A stretch of DNA of 46,392 bases from assembly GCF_004010195.1 (NCBI RefSeq), contig NC_057759.1, forward strand, positions 461,903-508,294. The letters are read 5' to 3'. The translations under genes were made by a program, and so were the position numbers. The DNA is from Chiloscyllium plagiosum (Eukaryota). Below the pieces are notes generated by a model that made no database searches, had not been told where the DNA came from, and saw only the letters and a list, made by a program, of their open reading frames with translations. Below, in pieces: positions 11,608 to 24,493 of this stretch (positions are counted from its first letter, which is position 1; each line of letters begins with the position of its first letter).

Positions 11608-13222
11608 AATGTGCCTCTACCAATGGTAACATTAATTCTGTCCCTGCGGATTTTGATATTTCACTTCCGAAGAAAACAAGCAAGCATCTTTCTTGTTTCG
11701 ATTTTGATTGTTATACTCTCTATCATATTGTTGATCTCGTCTTTTACTCTGTATCCACCAAGTATTTGCATAATTTCAAAAGTTAATGAGAAACTGTTTG
11801 TGTTCTTCTGTGTTTTTTTTCTAAGATGTTTTACAGGAAGTGAAATTTTCATCTCAGAAAATACATTGTTGATTGGCAGGATTGTTGCTTGTTTTCGGAC
11901 CAGCTAATCTGGGTGTTTTATTAGCCCAGCAATAATACCGTTAAGCCTTTTGATGCTCGGAAGAGCTCCACTTTGCAGTGCACTAAGAGAACACCTCTTT
12001 CTGGTTCAGACTTTGCAAGTTCAAGTCCTACCACAGAATGTGCAACAGGTTGATCAGAAAACGAAGTAAATTTGGAATTTACTTCATGTTAATTGTCTCC
12101 CAATTTACCAGGGTGTGTCCTTTTTGTCTTCACTGAAATTCGTTATTCCCTTGAACAGTTATTTTGTCCGTGCCTTGCAGCCGTTGTTTTGGTTCGGCTC
12201 ACAATTTTCTTTGCGTTGGAACTGAGAAATAAATCCGAGAACTTGAACAGTTTAAATGGTAATAAAGGTGAAAATCCTATTAATTATGTAAGTTTCTCAC
12301 TGATTTCTTTTTAAAAAGATCTTTAAAGCAATATTTCTAAAATTTGGAATCATGTATTGTAATACTACAAATTATGGGAGTAAATTTGCCAATCTCTCAA
12401 TTTACGTTTCGGTCAATATCATAATAGGATCGTTAGGCCTGATTGGCCGACTACTGATCTTGATTTTTTTAGTTGTTTCGGAGAGAATTTCAGCATGTTA
12501 ACACTGATGGAGCAGACGATTTATTTCAAAGTTGGGATGGTGACTGGCTCGGAGGGGAGCTTGCAGGGAGTGGTGCCCCCATGTATCTGCTGCCCTTGTC
12601 CGAGATGGAAGAGGTTGTGTGATTGTAAGGTGCTGTCGAAGGATCATTGGTGAATTTCCCCAGCTTTTCTTATGCAGATTTAACATTTTCAGACTAGTGA
12701 CCCCTCTTTAAAACAGTTCCAGGAAGTCTGGTTGAATGAATACTTGCTCCTTTCTCTTCTTCTGTCAAAGGATTTGCCCTTTTCTCTGAAAGTTCCTTTT
12801 GACAATTCTGATAACATCGAAATGATCAGTTGTTGTTTTCGAGTTTTGAACAATTTGGGACTAAATCTGAAACAGGTTTTAGACACTGCTTGCTTGGGAA
12901 GGACTTTGACCTCTTTTTTTCCTGCAGTTCAAACTAAGTCAAGAAGCTGGACAACTGACAGAACAATACAGTCTTTCAGTGATTCACCCGGGACTTTTAT
13001 TCTCGTTCATCACAATTAATATCGACATTTTTCTTCACCAGCTGCATGATACAAGATTCCAAGAAGCTGGCAGACTATTGACTGTTTAAGAACAAATGAA
13101 TTCCAACTCAAGTCCATAGGTACATAAATTCGCAGATTCATGACCAAAGACAAAAGAAAATGAGACTTGTCACAAACGTGAAATGATAAATCGTGTTTGT
13201 TGAGCAAGGATCTAGCTGATGC
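11608..13222 (-). pseudogene. Large decayed coding exon of an unidentified minus-strand gene
   Basis: Acceptor ccccacAG|13222, open for 68 codons (ASARSLLNKHDLSFHV...); then K/S/E-rich frames with scattered stops; A-rich minus strand; interrupted by a LINE fragment. Confidence 0.5.
12503..12660 (-). mobile_element. Non-LTR retrotransposon fragment inserted in the decayed exon
   Basis: Reverse complement of ~39720-39860. Confidence 0.75.
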
Positions 13223-14398
13223 CTGTGGGGATCAGTAAATCTAATGACAAATACATGTATAATATAAGAACATATATGTATGTCGTGTTGGGACCATTAT
13301 TGTTCCTCTTCATTTTTGGAGGTGTGAGCTGAAGTTGAATATTGAAATTGGAACTTTGACCAGCAGTTTGCTTCTGCTTCATTTATAGAAGTAAACTAAA
13401 CAGATGTTTGCATTTTGGAAATGGCCTGGAAACGTAACTCTAGGTTAGTTATTGTTCGAGGAACACTGAAGACATTTCTGACTCAAAACTGAGTTTAAAT
13501 AATAGACATTAATTAGATTACCTTACTGTATAACCTGGCTCTGATAAAGGCATAGCATTAATATTAAATTGTTCATTTTAGTTCAAGTCATAAATTTGCT
13601 GTCAGGTGCCTGTTATTCTTAGAGTTTGGTTAGGAGCAATTGGGCAGTTTGGAGAATCATTGAATATCTTTATTTCACTATGTTGTGAATGCAATGATAG
13701 CGAATGTGATTTAGCTTGTTGTCATTGTGTTCTTATGAAGAGCAATCGCGCTGCCAATGTGTTGGCTGGCATAGGTACTGAACAGGAACTGAAATCTGAC
13801 ACGAGACCCAAATTGCAATTAAAGGCTTCAGAAATCACGGTGTGTGTGATACATCGGAGTGAGGCTATGGCTTTGTGTATCTCAAGTGAACTGTGTTGCG
13901 TTTTACAGTACAATGTAAACTTTGGATGTGTGTCAATTAAATAGTAAAAGTTGAAGCTGTCCCTCTGAAACGAGTCTGTGCTTCTTGTTATTTTTCAAGG
14001 TTGTTTTCATAGATTATGTGACAATGTGATCCTCTCTTAAACTCACCAGCTTACAGTCAAAGACAACATGAGGAAGACTTGCACTCTGCTCGGCCTTACC
14101 GCAGTCCAATTCTGATTGAAACGCATAGTAACTCTATCCTCCGTTGATTGCTTGGAAATGGGAATTATGAAGAAGCAACTGGAGCATACTTGTCAATATC
14201 AACATTTTAGCTCCGAAATTCAGGCATTAGACTGAAATAGCCTAGTAGATTCTTTAAGATCTGATCCAAATGGATGCAGGAAGTACACCCTGTTATATTG
14301 CAAATTTATTAGCTTAACATAATTTATGATATATGCAAACTGATGAGTGAATCTATGAGCTTAACCTACGTCAGATATATACAGACAGCGAGTCTCAC

Positions 14399-14612
14399 TG
14401 CCTTGTCTTCATATCTGGGTAACTCCACCCGCTTTGAGCTCAATCCCATTTTCTAAGTTCCATGAAATGTGACATATGCAGAAACGTCCCCTAATTGAAT
14501 GATCCCCAGAGGTGCACCACTCTGAATCAAACAGTGTGCGCTGCATTGCCGTTCTGAACAGTTTTTTAGGCATTCCTCTGTGCTTGGTGATCACAACAAA
14601 GTCCAGACCTTG
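14399..14612 (-). pseudogene. Decayed coding exon (phase 2 to 0) of the minus-strand gene
   Basis: Acceptor ctgtttttcAG, donor GCA|GTGAGA; KVWTLL*SPSTEECLKNCSERQCSAHCLIQSGAPLGIIQLGDVSAYVTFHGT*KMGLSSKRVELPRYEDKA. Confidence 0.55.
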
Positions 14613-14686
14613 CTGAAAAACAGGCCAGTCCCAATCCTAATGCAGGACATTGCCAGTTAAAACAAACTGCTTTAGACACTGAGTCA

Positions 14687-14928
14687 TGTTGAAAGAACTC
14701 CACAAAGGCTGGTACCTTGTGAATAAGATACTCTTTATTTACAATAGTACAATAGTACTTGACAATGGCCCAACTTCTTCAGAGTTAGCATCCAGAGTGC
14801 AAAGAACACTTGTCACTTCCATTTATGTCTGTCAGCCAGGGCTCCCTGATTGGACCAATTTAACAGTCCCAATCAGGGAGCTCATGTTCTTTGATATTCA
14901 CTTGGCTGACCTCTTAACAATCACAACA
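14687..14928 (-). mobile_element. Short solo LTR
   Basis: TGTTG...CAACA termini; flanks GTCA/GGCA (imperfect 4-bp TSD); minus-strand AATAAA at ~14735. Confidence 0.65.
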
Positions 14929-14929
14929 G

Positions 14930-15105
14930 GCATAATTGCAACAATTAAAATACATTTGGACTGACACATGAATAGGAAAGATTTAGAGGGATACAGACGA
15001 AATGTAGGCAAATCGAATTCGTTCACTTTGGGAAATCTGGCCAGCCTGATTGAATTGTGGCGTTTGGCCTATTTGCATTCCATATCACTCTATAACGATA
15101 TGACT
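14930..15105 (+). mobile_element. CR1 3' UTR fragment
   Basis: catttgga..cacatgaataggaaag...atgactc tail. Confidence 0.7.
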
Positions 15106-15467
15106 CCCTGAACAGTTCAGGATTCTCCTTTCCAATCTCTCCCCTCACATGAGGTGTGGTGATCCTCCGGTTAGGCCAGCACCAGTCATGTTTCTGTAAT
15201 GACAGAACATCCCGGATGATCGGGTAATGTTATGCTGGCTGTTAACTTAATCGTTTCTTGATAGTTTATGTTTTCCCACAGCAGGTTAACCCGATTCAAA
15301 GATAACTGAACCAGGTCTGTTTACAATATTGGAGAGTTTGCAAAAAGGTTTTAAAAACTCTTTTTTACGTTATACCCAAACACAGCGAGTACTCTCAATA
15401 TTTCTTGAAATGTATTGGTATTTGCAAGCACTGCCAATTCAAGTTAAATCTTTAGTATGAAATGTTT

Positions 15468-16020
15468 TTAGACCTTACTTTGGCCACATTTGGAGTATGG
15501 TGTGCAGTTCTGGTTGCCACCCAGCAGTGTCTTTGCTGAGTCTTTTGAGAGGGTGAAAAAGAGATTTACCAGGATGTTCCTGTATAAGAGTGCATTAACT
15601 ATGAGGAGAGGTTGACATCCTCGGTGGTTTTCATTACCAAATGTGTGCTGAGGTGATACCTCGTAAAAACATAAAATTAACATAGGCAAGGAGAAGGTGG
15701 ATAGTCGGTGTTTATTTCCCAGGGAAGGAATGTTGAATATAGTGGCGGGCGGGAAGGAATCATAGGTTTATGGGGAAATGTAAAAAAAATTGATATGTGC
15801 AAGGCAACTATTTTTACACAGAGAGAGGTAGATGCCTGGAACGTGCTGCCAGGGAATGTAGTAGAAGCAGCTATGATTGCAATGTTTACTGGGTATTTAG
15901 ACAGACACATTAAGAGGCAGAGAAACGAGAGAGACCGTGCGCAGGCAGATGGAATTAACATAGAACAGCGGTCATTGTCAGAATCACACATGGTGACCCG
16001 AAGGGCCTATTGCAGCACTA
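15468..16020 (+). mobile_element. CR1 LINE 3' fragment
   Basis: 'PHLEYGVQFWLP' and 'FTQREVDAWNVLP'. Confidence 0.85.
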
Positions 16021-17145
16021 TTTGCCTCGGTGGGGCATCACACAGATTATCCAATTTCGAATGGCCAATTGCGGTTCGGTAGCAAGCGAACATTTTCTTC
16101 CTGTATTTAGCTACATCAAGAGAGAGGAGTGGTCAATCAGATTTTTTTTTTAGAAAAACTCAGCATTGTACCATTACAATAACCAATAAATTAGCCATGT
16201 TCACTTTTTCTGCAGATCAGCTGTTAATGATTGTACTGTTAAACTGTAATGTCGTTAAACACAAATCTTTGTGTAACCATTTAGCCATTGTTTTGACAAG
16301 CTGCTCGCTGTTGCATTGTTACTTCAAAGAAGGAAGGATTCCCTTCCAATTTATATACTTGGAATACATTTGCAGTAATATTGTGTGAACAGAACAATTG
16401 AACTGCATAGGAGTGCTTTCTTAAAGACTTCCTCACTGAATGAATACAATGGCTTTGAAAATGCAATGTATGAGATTAGACCCCAGCTATCATTAGTCTT
16501 GGGAACGGACTAAAAATTAGAAATGACTGAGTTCTGTCTCATCGAAGCAAGTATGGCCAGTAAAGATATTGGACAAATACTTGTTTCAATAAATGATAGC
16601 TTCAACGCATATTCATTTGACACCTGGCCTGAAAAAGGTGCATTTGCAAATTCTTTATTTTTTTAAAGCGTAAGTCCGTCGGAGTCTAACTTAATAAAAG
16701 ATGTATGTGAAGAAAGAAAGATAGATAGAGCAGTGAAGAAAGAAACAAAATATGTTATTAACTCCAAGACTGTATATACAGAACTCGTTATTGAAAATCA
16801 GAAAACTGCTGACTCACCACAACCACAAACTGTCCCCTGTCCAGTGATTGAGTACAGCTCTTTTGTTTGAGCAGAAGGCAGGAAGAAAAAACAAACTTTG
16901 GTCAGTTCACACGAGCTGCACAAAATTGAAAATTGAACTTTCTCCCAGTTACCACCGACACAATATTGTTCAGATACACCTTCTGTGTAAAGCAGCAATC
17001 TACCTGCACTTAACTCAACTGTATTCATTTCACACAATGTGGTCTCCGCCGCACAGGACCATCAGTTTGTGGAGCGCCTAGTTTCCCAAAGCCCGCTCCT
17101 TCAACAGCCCACCATTTTCCACGCTGACCATCCTTTCCTTTATAG

Positions 17146-17695
17146 GATTGGGAGGTCATGTTGCGGCTGTACAAGGCAATGGTCGGCCAATTTTGGAAAT
17201 TTCTGATGCAATTCTGATCATCCTCCTATTGGAAGGATGTTGGGAAAATTGAAAGGTTCCGAAAATATTCACAAATATGTTGCCAGGATTGGAGAATTTG
17301 AGTAATGGAGACAGAATGAATAGGCTGGAGCAGTTTCCCCTGGAGCTTCGGAGACTGAAGGGTGAACTTATGGAGGTTTATAAAATCATGAAGGCCATGG
17401 ACAGGATAAATAGAGAAAATATTTTCTTGGGATGGGGGAGTCCAGAACTAGAGTGCATAGATTTAGGTTGAGGGGGAAAGATTTGGAAGCGAGCTAAGGG
17501 GCAACTTTCTCATGCAGAGGATTGTGTGTGCACGGAATAAGCTGCCAGATGAAGTGGAGGAGGCTGGTACAACCACAGCATTTAGATGGGTATATGTGTA
17601 GGAAGTGATTAGAGAGATTTGAACCAAGTGTTGGCAAATGGGACTAGATTAGTTTAGGATATCTGGTCTGTTCCTGTACTGTATGACTCTATGAC
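17146..17695 (+). mobile_element. CR1/HER1 LINE 3' fragment
   Basis: MLPGLENLS..LELRRLKGELMEVYKIM; atgactct tail. Confidence 0.9.
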
Positions 17696-17699
17696 CAGT

Positions 17700-18120
17700 A
17701 TTAGAATCTTGGGATCTTGCAGTGCTCCAGCGACGCTCCAATCAAGCTGGAAGAACAGCATATCATCTCCTGCTTGGGGACCCTGCAGTCTTCACTAATC
17801 AGTAACGAGCTCAATCATTTTAGAGACTGATAGAACTCTTTCCATGTTCTTTACCCATCCACCACACCCCAGGCCGACATGGGCTGCTTTGAACAGACCT
17901 GCCACATTCTTACTTACTCATTGTCCCCACTATCAGCTTTTCCCCTTTCCTAGTCAAACTAATTATTATTTCTTTTTCGGTTAAAATTTCATTCATTCTT
18001 TTTGGGCTATGTGTCTACTTATCTGCTCATTCCTTTCTATCACCCCAGTAACTTCTGTACTTATATCATCTTTTGTTCGCTGCTATCAGCTTACCTATTC
18101 CCACAGAGATCAGTGTTGAG
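17700..18120 (+). mobile_element. Penelope-like element 3' fragment
   Basis: 'KLEEQHIISCLGTLQ', homologous to 8290-8400. Confidence 0.75.
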
Positions 18121-18284
18121 GAATCAGTTTGCCAGAATATAAATATGCATACAAGTATTTCATAGTTAGAGCTCATGTTTCAAACTTATGTTCGTTTGAA
18201 AGCTCAATTGTTCTATTCAGAGCAAAAACTATTATATCTACAAATATAATTCGACAAATGCAAATTCACCCAATTGACTTATAT

Positions 18285-18482
18285 GCATGTGTACGTCAAT
18301 GACAGAACCTAAGTTTGTTGCATGTGAGTTTGTGCATGAGAGTGCGCATAAGAGAATGCATGTTTGCGTGTGCGCATGTTTGGTAAATTGTTAGTGTGAT
18401 GAAGTATAAGAATGTGAGTGCATTTGAGTGTGGGGAGTGAATGTGTGTCTGTTTGAGAGCGACCATGTGTATGAGAGAGACG
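18285..18482. repeat. Degenerate (TG/GA)-rich simple repeat
   Basis: Interrupted tgtg/gaga runs. Confidence 0.7.
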
Positions 18483-18489
18483 AATGAAA

Positions 18490-21020
18490 AGCAAGGGATT
18501 GCATTTTGCTAAAGCAAAGAATGGCAAGACTTGTACAATTAATGGTAGAGTCCTGGGTCATGTTGTTGAACAGCGAGACATGGTGGGGGGGGGTGGGGTT
18601 CAGGCACATAGGTCTTTGAAAATTGCATCACTGGTGGACAGTGTAGTTATGAATCCATTTACCACACTTGTCTTTATAGTTCACACCGTTGAGTACAGGA
18701 ATTGGGACATCATGCTGAGGTTGTACAGGATGTTTTGAGGAGAAAGTGAGGACTGCAGATGCTGGAGATCAGAGCTGAAAATGTGTTGCTGGAAAAGCAC
18801 AGCAGGTCAGGATGTTTTGAGGCCAGTTTTGGATAATGAGCACATTTCGGCTTGGGCTGTGTTAGGAAGAATATTATTATCGATGGTTCAAAAAAGATTT
18901 ATCATTATGTTGTCAGGGCTGTGGTAGATAGGATAGTGAAGAAGGTGTTTGGTGTGGTTTCCTTTATTAGACAGAGCATTGAGCACAGGAGTTGAGAGGT
19001 CGTGCTGCGGCTCTATAGGACTTGGGTTAGGCCACTTTAGAATATTGTGGGCAATTCTGGCTTCCTTCTTAGTGGAAAGATTCACTGAAACTTGGAAGAG
19101 TTCAACAAAGATCTACAAGGACGTTGCCATTTTTGGAGGATGTGAGGTACAGAGAAAGGTTGCATAGGCTGGGGCTGTTTCCTCTGGAGCGTCGGGGGCT
19201 GAGCGGTGACCTTATAGAGGTTTAAAAAATCATGAAGGGCATGGATAGGATAAATACACAAAGTAATTTCCTGGAGTGGGAGAGTCCAGAACTAGAGAGA
19301 GGGGAATGATATAAGAGAGACCACGCAGAGGATGGTACCAATGTGCAACGAGCTGCCAGAGGAAGTGTTGGAGGCTGGTACAATTGCAACATTAAAAAGG
19401 CACCTAGATGGGTATATCAATAGGAAGAGTTTGGAGGGTTATAGGCTGGATGCTGGCAAGTGGGACTAGATTAGGTTGGGATATCAGATTGGCATGGACG
19501 TGTTGGACAGAAGGGTAATGTTTCTTTGCTGTGTATGGAGGCCTGTGACCAGTGGAGTGCCACAAGGATCATTTCTGGGTCCTCTAATTTTTGTCATTTG
19601 CATAAATGATTTGAATGGGAGCATAAGAGGTACAATTAATAAGTTTGCAGATGACAACAAAATTGGAGGTGTAGTGGACAGCGAAGGGGGTTATCTCAGA
19701 TTACAACAGGATCTTGACCAGATGGGCCAATGGGTTGAGAAGTGTTAGGCGGAGTTTAATTCAGATAAATGCGAGGTGCTGCATTTTGGGAAAGCAAATC
19801 TTAGCAGGACTTATACACTTAATGATAAAGTCCTAGGGAATGTTGCTGAACAAAGAGACCTTGGATTGCAGGTTCTTAGCTCCTTGAAAGTTGAGTCGCA
19901 AGTAGATAGGATAGTGAAGAAGGCGTTTGGTATGCTTTCCTTTATTGGTCAGAGTATTGAGTACAGGAGTTGAGAGGTAATGCTGCGGCTGTAGAGGACA
20001 TTGGTTAGGCCACTGGTGGAATATTGCATGCAATTCTGGTATCCTTCCTATCGGAACGATGTTGTGAAAACTTGAAAGCATTCAGAAACAAATTACAAGG
20101 ATGTTGCCAGGTTTGGAGGATTTGAGCTATAGGGAGAGGCTGAACAGGCTGGGGCTATTTTCACTGAAGCGTCAGAGGCTGAGGGGAGACCTTGTAGAGG
20201 TTTACACAATTATGAGGGGCATGGATAGGGTAAATAGGCAAAGTATTTTCCCTTGGGGTCGGGGAGTCCAGAACTAGAGGGCATAGGTTTAGGGTGAGAG
20301 GGGAAAGACATAAAAGAGACCTAACAGGCAAGCTTTTCACACAGACGGTGGTAAATGTATGGAATGAGTGGTGAAGGCTGGTATAATTTTAACATTTAAG
20401 AGGCATTTGGATGGATATATGAATAGATTGGGTTTGGAAGGATATGGGCCATGTGCTGGCAGGTGGGACTAGAATTGGTTGGGATTCATGGTCAGCCTGG
20501 ATGGGTTGGACCGAAGGATCTGTTTCAATGCTCTACATCTCAATGACTCTATGATTCCATGACTCTAAACTCAGTCACTGGAGCGTTTCATTTATAAGGA
20601 GATTCTGGGAGATTTTTTAAAACTTGAGCTAGGGAGGTTGTGTGGTGACCTTATTGAATTTTATGAAATCATGAGGGGTGTATGTAAGGTGAATAGCAAA
20701 GTTGTTTTCCTTCACGTTGTGGAATTCAAAACATGGGGGCATACTTTTTAAGGTGAGAGGAGAGAGATTTGAAAGGAAACTGACGGTCGACGTTTTGAGA
20801 TAGAGGATGGATTGCATGTGAAATGAACTTCTTGAAGAAGTGGCTGACGCAGGTAAAGTTAGAACATTTAAAAGACATTTGGATGGGTACATGAATAGAA
20901 AGGTTTAGAGTGATATGGGCCAAACGCAGGCTAGTGGGAGTAGCTAGGTTTGGGAATTCTGGTTGGCGTCAACGAGTTGGGCAGAAGCGTTGGTTTCTGT
21001 GCTGTATGGCTCTATGACTA
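18490..21020 (+). mobile_element. Cluster of about four stacked CR1/HER1 fragments; best preserved 19530-20565 (RT 3' half)
   Basis: WRPVTSGVPQGSFLGPL..KFADDNKIGG..KCEVLHFGK..QRDLG..KKAFGML; repeated 3' tails at ~19510, 20560 and 21020. Confidence 0.95.
18741..18807. mobile_element. Short Penelope pseudo-LTR fragment inserted in CR1
   Basis: Flanked by the perfect 15-bp duplication CAGGATGTTTTGAGG (18726-18740 and 18808-18822). Confidence 0.85.
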
Positions 21021-21530
21021 TAATACAAATACATTATCCTCACTATGACCCAACGGAGGTTGCACAGAACACTTCTGTCGAGATCAGATTAAGGCACTCA
21101 TTCATTACAGCTGTTTGCTTTTTTTTCATTAGCAGATGCCCACCACGTTAAATGCTTCTAACATGCAATGCACATCACGCAAATTTAAATTGTGACCTCG
21201 GGATTAATTCTTAATACATCATGCTCTTTCATTGCAATGAACTGGGCTTTGAAGATACAAAGCAGAAACAACAAGTTAAACCTACACACAATTCGGAAAT
21301 GTACAATAACCCAAAGAGTGGTGGGATTTTGAATGAAGGAATACATTTAAAAGGATAAATGGCGGCACTGATAGCTGGAATAACTCATGACGAACAACGG
21401 GAAAAAGAACATTGTTTGGGTTGTTGAACACCATAATAGAGTCACTGCTCGTAGTATACATGTGCTAGTGGCAGTCCAGAGTGCACAGTTCCACAGTCCC
21501 AAACTGAGTCTGATTTATAAAGAGGTGTTA

Positions 21531-21615
21531 GAGTGTGGTGCTGGAAAAGCACAGCTGGCCATTCAGCATCCAAGGAGCAGGAGAATCGATGTTTCGGGCC
21601 TAAGCCCATCTCAGG
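21531..21615. mobile_element. Penelope pseudo-LTR half arm
   Basis: gctggaaaagcacagc..ggagcaggagaatcgatgtttcgggc. Confidence 0.8.
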
Positions 21616-21683
21616 TAATCAGTTTAAAATGGGCACCTCCATGAGGCGATTAATTAATGATTCCCCATAGGCCTTCGAAGGAT

Positions 21684-22130
21684 TAGCGCAATGTTCTAAT
21701 ACCACTGTTGCTGGATTATTATTCCCGAGATATATATTTTATTCCGGGCACCTGAGTTTAAATCTTATGCATGGCTTTTAGTGGTACTTGAATTCAATTG
21801 AAAACAAATCTACCATTAAAATTTTAATAATGATGCTGTTGATTATTGGGGAGGAGTAAAAACCAGCCATCTGGTTCACTTTCACGCTGTCAGGTGAATT
21901 TGCCATCCTTACCTTGTGTGGCCTACATACCCTTCAGGATGTGCAATACTAATGGGTTTTCTACTCAAATTATTGAGAGATTATACGCTTCTGGAGCAGA
22001 TTGGATTTAGAACAAGGCCTCCTGGATAAGAGTAGGGACGCCAAAAGGAACCCCTTTACATTTCACTCTTAATTGCCCATTTATGTAGACAGGAAATTCT
22101 GGCCTAGCAAGTGACGTCTACAAGTGTGAG
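21684..22130 (+). mobile_element. Old tRNA-derived SINE (non-HE1), interrupted
   Basis: ccatctggttcact...tgccatccttacc...ggcctacat, similar to 42186-42505. Confidence 0.55.
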
Positions 22131-22439
22131 TGATTGTCTTTTTTAAAAATTGCATTTTAGACAAATGGGCCGTGCATAAACTGAATGGTGTTATTTTAAA
22201 ATGGCTGCTGAAGAGTAGCTTCAAATTAGTATTCAAACACCAAAAATGCGTGAATATAATTATTCAATTTGCTAATTCAAAACTTCAGGAATAGCTTACT
22301 ACAACATGTGCATGTACAACAATCAAAATGTTATTACTATATACAGCTTGCTTCCTTTGAGACAAAAAAATTCTTATCAGGCAATGTGTCTTTCATACTG
22401 AACTAAATGGGTAGGACTAGTTTGTAGTTCATAAACCCA

Positions 22440-23350
22440 TATGAAACAGCATGTGGAGTAGGCCATTCGGCCCCTTGAGCCAACTGTGCCATTCAACAGG
22501 ATCAAGCTGATCCCATATTCTTCACGTTCATCTTCCTGCCCTTTCTTTTGATTCAGCGACTGATGAAAAACTTAGCTCAGCCTTAAATATACGTAAGGAC
22601 TCTACCACGTCACACAACTGTCTGTGTTAGCAAGTTACAAAGACAGTGACGATGCAGATCTTTTCACAACTATATGTTGTCCTTGTTTTTTCTTCCCGAG
22701 AGTTCACAAAAGACATAGACTCCAAAAAGTCTAAATTTATGGATTTTAGGGACAATTTGACTCAACAGATGCTGCCTTAGGCAAAAGGCTTTTAAGTGAA
22801 AAAAAAAACACTTGTACAATGAAATGGGTGTAACCAGTTGCCCCTGGTTTGATTCGGTTTTTAGCAGTTTGGCTATACACTGAAAGCGTTCAGGCCGTTT
22901 TTTAACGGCTGGACTCATGATTAGCAGGTCCATGCTGACCTACGCTCTGACATCTTTCCTGTAAGCTTTTGTGTTTGATTATTCCTTTTGTGTCAAAGAG
23001 TGTGCATCGGGAGTGTTGCACGTATTGAAACAGCATCATTAAAATGGGATACTCTGTTAGGTTTTTGGATAGGTTAAGTTATTCTCAATTTTGTTCTCTT
23101 TTGGTAATCTCGTACGTAAATTCTGTTTTGGTTAAAACTAAATAGTTTGACCAGTTGCATCCCTCGTGGAATATCCGCTGTACTCCTGCTTAAAACAACG
23201 TGCAAAGTTAGGATTAGGAAGCTTTCTTGAAATGTTTTGAGAGAATCTGGCCTGGTCCAAACCAAGACTTGCTACTCTGTTAGTGAACAAATTCCTCCCC
23301 ATTTCTGTCTTCAGTTAGTGTTTCTTTATCCTGAGGCTGTGTGTTCTGAG
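22440..23350 (-). mobile_element. CR1 3' fragment split by a solo LTR
   Basis: gtaggccattcggcccc tail; host sequence resumes after 23264. Confidence 0.75.
22645..23264. mobile_element. Solo LTR of ~620 bp (Gypsy/ERV-type)
   Basis: 4-bp TSD AGAC at 22641-44 and 23265-68; ends AGTGAC (presumed TG mutated)...CCA; host CR1 is continuous across it. Confidence 0.75.
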
Positions 23351-23647
23351 CTTAACCAGACCAAGACTCGTACCAATTAGTGTTATACAAAATCAAAGAA
23401 TATCTGCTATTTGAAGTAAATCACCGTTAGTGGCTGCATTCTGAATTGAAGCACCTCTTCAAGTCCACTTGCTAAGCAATCAACATGATCTTTTCGTGAA
23501 GCGAAAGTATTGTTCTTCCTTCAAATTGCCATCAAGACTGCATGAAGATTATCTTTGAGGATGAGCGAAATTTATTCTCGAAAACTGTCAAACATTTCAC
23601 TGAAGGAAATCTGAGGCGTTAATACCTAAATTACGTTTACAACAAAC

Positions 23648-24430
23648 AGTATAGAAATATAGAAAGTAGAAGCAGGAATAGGTCATTCAGCCATTCGTGC
23701 CTCCTCCATCATTCGAAATGATTGCGGCTGATCATCGAGCTCTTTTCTATCCTGCTCTCCATCCCACATACTTTGGTCCCTTTAGCCACAACAGCTGTAA
23801 CTACCTCCTTCTTGTAAACACACTATGGTTTGGCCGCAGCTACTTCCTGTGGTAATGAATTCCGTTGGCTCCTGACTCGCTGCCTAATGACATAACTCCT
23901 CATTTCAGTTCAGTTTATTCCTTGTCCTTAAATTATTACATATCTTTCTGGACTCCCAAGTCATCAAGAATATGTTTCCTGCATCTAACCTGTCTACTGC
24001 TGTCAGAATTTGATAGGTTTCCATGAGATGTCCCCCACCTCTCATTTGTGTAAACGCCAGTGAATACAATATGAACTGATCCCCCCTCATCCATCAATCA
24101 TGCTATTCCAGGAATCAGTCTGGGAAAGCTTTGATGCCTCTGTCCATAGCAAGAACACCCTTCCTCAGAAAAGGAGGCCAAAACTATCCATGACATTCAT
24201 GTGTGACCTCATCAGTGCATTGTACAAATGCAGCAAGACATCCTTGCTCCTGTACTCTAATTCTCTTGTTATGAATAGAGCATAAAGTTTGTTTTCTTTG
24301 TTGTCGGCTCCATCTGCAATACACACTTTCAGTGACTTGTGTACTAAGGACACCTAAGTATGGTTTAACATTCCTCTCTCTCACTTAATGGCCATTCAGA
24401 CAAGTATCCACCTTTCAATTTTTGCTGTCA
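23648..24430 (-). mobile_element. CR1 LINE 3' fragment
   Basis: Minus strand 'FITRELEYRSKDVLLHLYNALMRSH'; (atagaa)n tail. Confidence 0.9.
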
Positions 24431-24493
24431 GATGCTACCCAGAATATAAATACCATCTGCTAGCAGCTCCTTGACACGGGTTATTTATTGAGT

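Noticed and set aside
13606..13944. 112-aa Cys-rich ORF
   Set aside because: No ATG start, no recognisable domain or convincing exon structure; lies in an intron of the inferred minus-strand gene
19476..20081. ORFs with reverse-transcriptase motifs as a host gene
   Set aside because: Fragments of CR1 ORF2 broken by stops; many paralogous copies in the window
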